Assembly (NCBI RefSeq): GCF_964355755.1
Contig: NC_092673.1
Coordinates: forward strand, 15,782,948-15,846,947
Direction: 5' to 3'
DNA: 64,000 nt
Origin: Antedon mediterranea
Taxonomy: Eukaryota > Animalia > Echinodermata
Position 1 is the stretch's first letter. The number at the start of each line of letters is the position of its first letter. A program made the position numbers and the translations under genes. This document shows, in pieces, positions 40,754 to 50,400 of this stretch. The notes beneath the pieces were generated by a model. That model saw nothing but the letters and a program-made list of their open reading frames with translations, was not told where the DNA came from and made no database searches.

Positions 40754-41745
40754 GGTTCTAGGACACCTACCCCCTAGACAGTTACCCCCCGGATGTTTAC
40801 CCCCTTATGACAACTACCCCCCGGACAACTACCCCCTTAGGACAACTACCCCCTTAGGATAACAACCCCCCGGACAACCACCCCCTTAGGATAACTACCC
40901 CCCGGATAACTACCCCCCGGGTAACTACCCCCGGTCAACTACCCCCTGGTCAACTACCACCCCCCCCCCCCCCCCCCAATCCAAAAGTAGACAAATATAT
41001 AGGACCGGTTTCTGTAAAAATGAAATCATCTGTTTTTAACGGGTGTTTCGAAACTAGAGACCCGAGACCAGAGACCTGACACGAGACCCAATACGAAAAG
41101 GGAGACCTATATTTGGGTCTCCCTTTTCGTATATTAGGGTCTCCCTTTCGGTATAGTGTGGTCTCTCTTTTCGTATAGTGAGTCTCCCTTTTCTTATAGT
41201 GGGTCTCCCTTTTCGTATATTTGGATCTCCCATTTTGTATATTTGGGTCTCCCTTTTCGTATATTTGGGTCTCCCTTTTCGTATACAGTATTTAGGTCTC
41301 CCTTTTCGTATAGTGGGGTCTCCCTTTTCGTATAGTGGGGTCTCCCTTTTCGTACGTGGGTCTCCCTTTTCGTATATTTAGGTCTCTCTTTTCGTATTGG
41401 GTCTCGGGTCTCTGACTCCAAGTAGTTGTCCTACGGGGAGTATTGTGTCAGAGGTAGTTGTCCGCGGGGTAATTACCCGGGGGGGGGGGGTAATTGTCCG
41501 TGGGGTTGTTGTCCGGAGGGGGGGGTAATTGTTCCTAGGGGTAATTGTCCGGGGGGTAGTTTTCCAGGGGGTAGTTGTCCTAAGGGGGTTGTTGTCCTAA
41601 GGGGGTAGTTGTCCGGGGGGTATTTGTCCGGGGGGTAGTTGTCCTAAAGGGGTAGTTGTCCTAAGGGGGTAGTGGTCCAGGTGGTGGTTGTCCGGGGGGT
41701 AGTTTTCCGGGGGGTAAATGTCCAGGGGGTGAATATCCGGATACG
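40754..41745. mobile_element. Foldback-type non-autonomous DNA transposon, 8-bp target duplication
   Basis: GTTCAATG at 40746-40753 and 41746-41753; left arm is ~17-bp ggacaactacccc repeats and right arm is their inverse, ggggtagttgtcc. Confidence 0.8.
41057..41415. repeat. Internal ~21-bp array (gggtctcccttttcgtata..) with inverted ends, probably a second nested element
   Basis: gagacccgagacc...aatacgaaaagggagacct on the left versus aggtctctcttttcgtattgggtctcgggtctc on the right; about 14 units. Confidence 0.7.
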
Positions 41746-41867
41746 GTTCAATGACACAACTGAATAAAACAAAATCACAATTCACACGGGAAAAGGTTAC
41801 ATGTAATTTGTACTGTATTGTATTAACAGTAATTAAAAAGCAGATGACTTATAATTAAATTGTTAAC

Positions 41868-43020
41868 AGTGCACTATTTCCTTGACTTATATCACAGACA
41901 AATATTAGTATTAACATCACTTAAAGGTGCACTATTACCATGTCTTACATACAAATAAGTATTAACATCACTGGAAGGTGCACTATTACCATGTCTTACA
42001 TCATAGACAAATAAGTATTAACATCACTTAAAGGCGCACTATTACCATGTCTTATCATCACAGACAAATAAGTATTAACATTACTTAAAGGTGCACTATT
42101 ACCATGTCTTACATCACAGACAAATAAGTATTAACATCACTTAAAGGCGCACTATTACCATGTCTTATCATCACAGACAAATAAGTATTAACATCACTTA
42201 AAGGTGCACTATTACCATGTCTTACATCATAGATAAATAAGTATTAACATTACTTAAAGGTGCACTATTACCATGTCTTACATAGTCAAATAAGTATTAA
42301 CATCACTTAAAGGTGCACTATTACCATGTCTTACATCATAGACAAATAAGTATTAACATCACTTAAAGGCGCACTATTACCATGTCTTATCATCACAGAC
42401 AAATAAGTATTAACATCACTTAAAGGTGCACTATTACCATGTCTTACATCATAGACAAATAAGTATTAACATCACTTAAAGGTGCACTATTACCTTGTCT
42501 TACATAGACAAATAAGTATTAACATCACTTAAAGGTGCACTATTACCATGTCTTACATCATAGACAAATAAGTATTAACATCACTTAAAGGCGCACTATT
42601 ACCATGTCTTACATCACAGACAAATAAGTATTAACATCACTTAAAGGTGCACTATTACCATGTCTTACATCATAGACAAATAAGTATTAACATCACTTAA
42701 AGGTGCACTATTACCATGTCTTATCATCACAGACAAATAAGTATTAACATCACTTAAAGGTGCACTATTACCATGTCTTACATCATAGACAAATAAGTAT
42801 TAACATCACTTAAAGGTGCACTATTACCTTGTCTTACATAGACAAATAAGTATTAACATCACTTAAAGGTGCACTATTACCATGTCTTACATCATAGACA
42901 AATAAGTATTAACATCACTTAAAGGTGCACTATTACCTTGTCTTACATCATAGACAAATAAGTATTAACATCACTTAAAGGTGCACTATTACCATGTGCA
43001 CTATTACCACATATTAACAT
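41868..43020. repeat. 56-bp satellite (aaataagtattaacatcacttaaaggtgcactattaccatgtcttacatcatagac), about 20 copies
   Basis: Directly visible, with ~50-57 bp variants; degenerate continuation to 43179 and after 53983. Confidence 0.95.
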
Positions 43021-43180
43021 CAGAAATAACTTATCGGTTAAAATGACTATATTACTTGCTGTAAAAACAGTAAATGACTTATAAATTCATTTAGTTCTCT
43101 TTTATTTATTTCCAACTTCATATTCATTAGAAACATGAATTAGGCCCTACACATTTTAAGTATTAAAGTCACTTACTAGT

Positions 43181-44760
43181 GTAACCCAGGCTACAAAAGT
43201 AGGCCAGTCAAAGAAGATGAAGGGTAACCCAGGCCACAAAAGTGTGCCAGTCAAAGAAGATGAAGGGTAACCCAGGCCACAAAAGTGTGCCAGTCTAAGA
43301 AGATGAAGGGTAACCCAGGCCACAAAAGTGTGCCAGTCTAAGAAGATGAAGGGTAACCCAGGCCACAAAAGTGTGCCAGTCTAAGAAGATGAAGGGTAAC
43401 CCAGGCCACAAAAGTGTGCCAGTCAAAGAAGATGAAGGGTAACCCAGGCCACAAAAGTGTGCCAGTCAAAGAAGATGAAGGGTAACCCAGGCCACAAAAG
43501 TGTGCCAGTCTAAGAAGATGAAGGGTAACCCAGGCCACAAAAGTGTGCCAGTCCAAGAAGATGAAGGGTAACCCAGGCCACAAAAGTGTGCCAGTCTAAG
43601 AAGATGAAGGGTAACCCAGGCCACAAAAGTGTGCCAGTCTAAGAAGATGAAGGGTAACCCAGGCCACAAAAGTGTGCCAGTCTAAGAAGATGAAGGGTAA
43701 CCCAGGCCACAAAAGTGTGCCAGTCAAAGAAGATGAAGGGTAACCCAGGCCACAAAAGTGTGCCAGTCAAAGAAGATGAAGGGTAACCCAGGCCACAAAA
43801 GTGTGCCAGTCTAAGAAGATGAAGGGTAACCCAGGCCACAAAAGTGTGCCAGTCTAAGAAGATGAAGGGTAACCCAGGCCACAAAAGTGTGCCAGTCTAA
43901 GAAGATGAAGGGTAACCCAGGCCACAAAAGTGTGCCAGTCTAAGAAGATGAAGGGTAACCCAGGCCACAAAAGTGTGCCAGTCTAAGAAGATGAAGGGTA
44001 ACCCAGGCCACAAAAGTGTGCCAGTCTAAGAAGATGAAGGGTAACCCAGGCCACAAAAGTGTGCCAGTCAAAGAAGATGAAGGGTAACCCAGGCTACAAA
44101 AGTGTGCCAGTCCAAGAAGATGAAGGGTAACCCAGGCCACAAAAGTGTGCCAGTCTAAGAAGATGAAGGGTAACCCAGGCCACAAAAGTGTGCCAGTCTA
44201 AGAAGATGAAGGGTAACCCAGGCCACAAAAGTGTGCCAGTCTAAGAAGATGAAGGGTAACCCAGGCCACAAAAGTGTGCCAGTCTAAGAAGATGAAGGGT
44301 AACCCAGGCCACAAAAGTGTGCCAGTCTAAGAAGATGAAGGGTAACCCAGGCCACAAAAGTGTGCCAGTCAAAGAAGATGAAGGGTAACCCAGGCTACAA
44401 AAGTGTGCCAGTCCAAGAAGATGAAGGGTAACCCAGGCCACAAAAGTGTGCCAGTCTAAGAAGATGAAGGGTAACCCAGGCCACAAAAGTGTGCCAGTCT
44501 AAGAAGATGAAGGGTAACCCAGGCCACAAAAGTGTGCCAGTCTAAGAAGATGAAGGGTAACCCAGGCCACAAAAGTGTGCCAGTCTAAGAAGATGAAGGG
44601 TAACCCAGGCCACAAAAGTGTGCCAGTCTAAGAAGATGAAGGGTAACCCAGGCCACAAAAGTGTGCCAGTCAAAGAAGATGAAGGGTAACCCAGGCTACA
44701 AAAGTGTGCCAGTCTAAGAAGATGAAGGGTAACCCAGGCCACAAAAGTGTGCCAGTCCAA
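43181..44760 (+). repeat. 43-bp tandem array in 5' LTR U3 (37 units, last partial)
   Basis: Unit gtaacccaggccacaaaagtgtgccagtc(t/a/c)aagaagatgaagg; 1580 bp. Confidence 0.97.
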
Positions 44761-44957
44761 GGAAATTGCAACATTTACACATTCCTACTTCCTTACAAAC
44801 AAACAAAGTACTGACCAACATACTTTAAGTATGAGCTAATTATTTTAAGGATAAACTATTAGCTGATCAAACTCCAAATAAGGAAATAGGGCCACCATCA
44901 TCTACCATTAGATAATGGTCCAGGAATGTATTTCGGAACAACAGGGTGGGGCCAAGA

Positions 44958-44995
44958 TATATAAAAAAGACTGCAGAGTTGGGAAAAATCACAAC
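44958..44995 (+). promoter_or_regulatory. LTR TATA box and predicted initiator/TSS
   Basis: TATATAAAA at 44958-44966, with TCACA about 32 nt downstream (44989-44993). Confidence 0.65.
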
Positions 44996-45565
44996 TCAAC
45001 TCTAAATCTATTGAGAGCAGTCAGGTCCTCCCTGATACTTTTTGTACGTTCTGAAAGAAGTTGTATTTACACTTATTCCTTGCTCAACAAATTCAGGTAA
45101 GATAACCAACATAAACTTATTATTTTGTAGCGTAAGTAACATAGCTAAGTCCTTTAGTTGTACTTGTTAACTACATATAGGATACTACTTTTATGTTTAT
45201 CATTGCTCGTTGTCCAGCAATGAATTTATTATCTTAGATACAACTTGATATATTGTAAATATGTACTATATGTTTGACCACCTTATATCGTATTGATTGT
45301 ATGTTTATATGTAAGTTAGAGTGTAGTAATAAGACCCTGTCATTATATACTCACTAGGCTATGATTTATTAGCTAATCCTAAATTATCCTTGAATGAAGC
45401 CTCCTGTATAGAGAATTCTGTAGTTATAGGAATTAAATACAAAAAGGCTACCGTAGTACACAACTCAACTCTAAATCTATTGAGAGCAGTCAGGTCCTCC
45501 CTGATACTTTTTGTACGTTCTGAAAGAAGTTTTATTTACACTTATTCCTTGTTCAACAAATTCAG
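44990..45565 (+). other. Duplicated 107-bp segment (44990-45096, 45459-45565) bracketing a predicted 469-nt GT-AG intron (45097-45565) in the 5' LTR
   Basis: Copy 1 ends ttcAG|GTAAGA and copy 2 ends ttcAG|GTTGAG. The duplication is directly visible; splicing is inferred. Confidence 0.7.
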
Positions 45566-45947
45566 GTTGAGGGAAGATTGCCCAAGTTGGATTCTGTGTG
45601 TAAAGTCCACAGCCAGACGAGGGAATCGGTGGAGTGTATAAGCATCAAACTTCGAACGGGTTTACCACACCAAAAAGGGGACAAGCTCGACCACTGCCAG
45701 TTGTCAACAAACTTAAGTTTGACTTGTTATCTAAATCTTTAAGCATACTTAATTATAAGTCGCATATTGTATAATTTGTATTACGATTTAGAATAATAAC
45801 ACATCTACTATAAGCCAACTATTGTGTACTCTTTTATTTATTATCTATGTGTGTCTAGTGCCGCTGCCCCAATCAACTCGAACCCCGCTCACCTCAACCC
45901 TAAGTCGATAATCGTTTGTGTTGTGTGTAGAGCGGTTACATAAAAAC

Positions 45948-45965
45948 TGGCGCCCAATGTGGGGC
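45948..45965 (+). promoter_or_regulatory. Primer binding site, tRNA-Lys(CUU)
   Basis: TGGCGCCCAATGTGGGGC versus canonical Lys1,2 PBS TGGCGCCCAACGTGGGGC (17/18; the mismatch gives a G-U pair). Confidence 0.92.
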
Positions 45966-46174
45966 TTGAAAAGGCACTAGTCAGATAATAAATTTATAAT
46001 TATATACCTACTATATTGCATATTTTTATCATTGTATTATATTTCATGCTTTTCAATTTTACTTTATAATATTTTTGTACCCTTATATATCTAATTATTG
46101 TTTTATAATTTGTAATATTTGATCGTAATTTCACTTATTTTAATTTACAATTGTAACTTCTTATTTTGTATACC

Positions 46175-47494
46175 ATGGATATATATGACTGGTGTATTAA
46201 ACATAAGGTCGATCCTAATCATGCTATTGCATTAAGGGGTGTATTGAAGGCCAATTATAGTCACGATAGAATACCTAATGCATTCAAAGAAATAGATCGA
46301 TCCCAGGTTGTTGAAGTTATAGATGAAACAGATATCACTTTTCAATTACTACTTTCGTTTTCCAAACCTGTAGTAGATCTAAATATCCCCACAACCATTG
46401 ACCACACAGATAACGAAACCTGGACTATTATAACATGGGATGGGAAAACCCCAGAAAAGGACACCCATATCCTACCCACAGATTTCCAGGGACAACTACA
46501 AAAATTTCTCTTAGAACATGGGAAAACCCTGAACGATCTTAGGCTAGACTCCATCCCCTCCGACACCAAAGAAGTAGTAGTAAAACACCTAATAGGCAAC
46601 AACGTGCCCCGTACGGCCGGTGTTCGTCGGTTACGACAGTTTTCGGGACGGGTGCCAATCCCTTCAAATGAGGTAGACTTTGAGACTTGGTCTCAACTAG
46701 TCCAACAACTTTTAAGGGATGATAGCTTATCACAGGCTGAACAAAAGAGCATCTTAAGTCAAAGTCTCTTTCCTCCAGCACTTAATATCCTAAATAAAGT
46801 GACTGATAAATCAACTGCTAGGGAATGCCATGATGTACTTAATGAGGTCTATGGTTTGGCAGTGGATGCAGATGACCTCTATACTCTATTTAGGGAGACA
46901 TATCAGTCGGAAGGGGAACTGCCCTCTAAATTTTTAATGCGCCTAGATGAAAATCTAACTAGGGCAACAAAGGCTGGGGCAGTTGGGGTAGCAAAGGCTG
47001 ACCATATGAGACTAGCTCAATTTGTCCGTGGGCTAGTATATGACGAGATGCTATCATCTACATTAAACCTGAAACAACGCAAATCAAATCCCCCTACTTA
47101 TTTAACACTGATTAAAGAAGTTAGAAGTGAGGAAATTAATAGTAGGGCTAGGGCAGAAAAGCGAACACCTAAGGCAGTTAGTGCCAAGGCTGCGTTATGT
47201 AGCTATGAAGCCCTTAGTCATGAGGTAGAAGTTCTTAGAACTGAGCTACATCACCTCAAATCAACACCAAGCCCACCAGAGTCCACTCCTAACCCAAAAA
47301 CGCGTTCTTCACCTGCGCCAAACACTAGGCCTAAAATATGTTATAATTGTGGCGAGGATGGGCACCACATGAGGGGTTGTCCCAACCCAACTAATGCCAC
47401 ATTAGTACAGCAGAAATTGGTCAAACGGTTTAATCAGGCGGGAAACGGCAGAGGGCATCCGGGAAGAAGGGACAACGGTCTGCCCCATCAGTAA
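46175..47494 (+). CDS. gag: Gag, PNMA-like, with CCHC zinc knuckle (439 aa)
   Basis: accATGg Kozak context; DWC...AIALRGV N-terminus and RRLRQFSG...FETW motif recall PNMA/Gypsy gag; CYNCGEDGHHMRGC knuckle. Confidence 0.93.
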   Translation: MDIYDWCIKHKVDPNHAIALRGVLKANYSHDRIPNAFKEIDRSQVVEVIDETDITFQLLLSFSKPVVDLNIPTTIDHTDNETWTIITWDGKTPEKDTHILPTDFQGQLQKFLLEHGKTLNDLRLDSIPSDTKEVVVKHLIGNNVPRTAGVRRLRQFSGRVPIPSNEVDFETWSQLVQQLLRDDSLSQAEQKSILSQSLFPPALNILNKVTDKSTARECHDVLNEVYGLAVDADDLYTLFRETYQSEGELPSKFLMRLDENLTRATKAGAVGVAKADHMRLAQFVRGLVYDEMLSSTLNLKQRKSNPPTYLTLIKEVRSEEINSRARAEKRTPKAVSAKAALCSYEALSHEVEVLRTELHHLKSTPSPPESTPNPKTRSSPAPNTRPKICYNCGEDGHHMRGCPNPTNATLVQQKLVKRFNQAGNGRGHPGRRDNGLPHQ

Positions 47495-50400
47495 AAAGGT
47501 CCCAACAAAAGAGAAAGGGAAACACTGGAACAAAAACATCCAATAATTTACTCCATAGTGCAATATCACAAACTAATAATCTTATAGGCGACCCTAGTGT
47601 CGTAACAATAATTGTTGACGGTCATATATGTAATGCAATGTTAGATACAGGCTCGCAGGTTACATGTATCAGTGAAGATTTTTATAAAGATAAATTAAGG
47701 GATAAGCCTATATACCCATTAACCGATTTAATAGTAACTGGTGCTGGCGGTCAGAACGTACCTTATCTAGGTTATATAGAGGTCAATTTAACGTTTCCTA
47801 AAGTCCAGACGGGCTATACTAAACAATTCCCAACATTAGCTTTAGTGTGCCCCAAATTAGGGAAGGGACTGTCTATGTTAATGGGCACCAACACCAGTAT
47901 AGTTCGGGATCTGGCCACTGGCTGGACAAATACTAAGAAAAAGGGAAGGAAAGTAGGCCCCATACACTCTGCTTGGGCTGAAGTGTATAAAGAGGATAAG
48001 GCTAAGAAAGATAAACTAGGCCCCGTTAAAATATGTTCTCCTATGACAATACCTAGAGGAAAAATAGTAGAGGTAGAATGTGTTATAAAGAACACAGTAC
48101 ACCCTAACTTAGATGTGTTAATTGAAGCATCCCCGGATACCCCACTTCCTGGAGGGCTTTTAATCACACCCTTAATAGTCAAGTTAGAACATATGGGCCC
48201 AGTTAAACTTAGAGTTCCTTTGTCAAATTCTAGTAAAGAAATTAGGCTAAATAGAAACTTTAAGATTGCCACTGCTTTCATCCCCCAGTCTATAACGCAT
48301 CACAGTCCGGAAGTTCACTGTAACTCAAGTACGGCCTCAAACAATTTTAATTTTGATAGCTCGCCAATTTCACATATAGATAAGGCGAAATTTATTAATT
48401 TACTTAATAATCATCCGAATGTTTTTTCAAAGAATGATTTAGATATAGGGAGAACTTCGGCTGTAAAACATAAAATACACCTAACTAATGACACCCCATT
48501 CCGTCAACCTTGTAGGAGGATACCCCCATCTGATTTCAATGATGCTAGGGACCACATTCAAGATTTATTAAGGAAGAACATCATTAGAGAGTCCGAAAGC
48601 CAGTATAGTTCTCCTATAGTATTAGTCAGGAAAAAGAAGACTAACGAAATTCGATTATGTATAGATTACAGACTTCTAAATTCTAGGACGGTTAGGGACC
48701 AATACAACGTCCCCAACATTGAAGATGCCCTTACAACCTTACGTGGTGCCAAATGGTTCTCATGTCTTGACCTCAAATCAGGCTATTACAAAATTGAAAT
48801 GGCTGAGGAGGATAAAGCAAAAACTGCATTTTGGTGCCCATTGGGATTCTATGAATTTAACCGAATGCCCCAAGGGATCACTAATGCCCCCGCCACCTTC
48901 CAGCGACTAATGGAGAAGTGCATGGGGGAGTTAACATTCTCCGACGTTCTAGTTTATTTAGATGACTTACTAGTTTTTTCAACCACACTAGACGAACACC
49001 TAGCTAAGTTAGACAAAGTATTATCTAGGCTTGAAGAGTATGGCTTGAAACTAAATCCAGACAAGTGCAATTTTGCCCAAACTTCCATTAAGTGCTTGGG
49101 CCATGTCATTTCAGAGGATGGGGTAAGCACTGACCCAGATAAGGTAGAGGCTGTCAAATCTTGGCCCCGCCCCTCAAATGTAAAAGAATTGAAATCATTT
49201 CTAGGTTTTGCTGGTTATTATCGACGATTTATACAGCATTATAGCCATATTGCCAAACCATTAAACCAACTTATGACTAAGTATGACCCAATACGTAAAC
49301 GAGGTAAAACGTTCAAAAAACCTAAATCCAATACTCCCTCAGAAAGGCGCCCTAGTCCTAATACCCCATTTGGTACTAACTGGTCCGAATCATGTCAGGT
49401 GGCATTTGATGTACTAATAGATAAATTGTCTTCAGCCCCTATATTAGGATTCGCAGACTACAATTCACCATTTATTCTACATACCGACGCTAGCACAAGC
49501 GGGTTAGGTGCAGCCCTATATCAAGAGATAAATGGGATAAAGAGGGTAATTGCCTATGCTAGTCGTGGGTTATCCAAAAGTGAAGCCAATTATCCTGCTC
49601 ATAAATTAGAGTTTCTTGCCCTAAAATGGGCGGTGACTGAGACATTTACTGACTATCTTTATGGTCAACGATTTGTAATTTACACCGATAATAACCCCTT
49701 AACGTACGTGTTGACGACAGCTAAGCTTGACGCTACAGGACAAAGGTGGCTTGCCGCCCTGGTCAATTACAACTTTGATATTAAATACAAAGCAGGTAGA
49801 AACAATCAAGATGCAGACGGTCTTAGTCGTCGCCCACATGACCCCCCTTCCAATGACTTTGAATACGAACAATATCAAGAGAAAGCTGACGAAGTGTTAG
49901 GTAGAGTAAAATTTTCATCCTGTTCGTTCACAGCAGTCTGTAATGCTAAAATAGTTAAAAAGTCTACTATACCTAATGATACAACACCCTTAGTTGAGTC
50001 AGTTAGTGATTCTCCTGATGCAATCCCCGCCATCTATGATAACCCTATTAGGCCTATAGATGGGCAGTCAACCTTGCCTAATGTTACTGCAGCGGAGTGG
50101 GTAGAGCATCAACAACAAGACCCTAATATAAAACCTATTTTTAAATTTGTATATAACAAACGGAAACCTACACAAGATGAACTCACAAAATTACCCGAGG
50201 AAACTAGGCTACTCCTGAGACAGTTTGATAAATTATTGGTAAAAGATAATATTCTATACCGCCAATTTGTAAATAATATCGGAGCTATGCAATTGCAATT
50301 AGTACTTCCAACCGCTTATAGAGATAAAGCATTTACTGGCTTACATGATGACATTGGTCACCCTGGGATGGAACGGACCTTGGATCTTGCCCGATCCAGA

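Larger units (their letters stand above)
43180..45940 (+). repeat. 5' LTR (2761 bp)
   Basis: TG...CA with 7-bp terminal inverted repeat TGTAACC/GGTTACA; matches 52210-53982. Confidence 0.95.

Noticed and set aside
43181-44760. CRISPR-like appearance of the 43-bp array, and the repeated MWPGLPFIF... ORFs
   Set aside because: Units are head-to-tail with no unique spacers, there are no cas genes and the context is eukaryotic; the ORFs are frame-cycling artefacts of a 43-bp period.
44915-45641. Short LTR ORFs sharing HNSTLNLLRAVRSSLILFVRSERS
   Set aside because: Explained by the 107-bp duplication; the first ATG is upstream of the predicted TSS and the second ORF has no ATG start.
47814-48281. 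155-aa antisense ORF within pol (and similar antisense ORFs)
   Set aside because: Shadow ORFs opposite a long coding frame, with no recognisable motifs.
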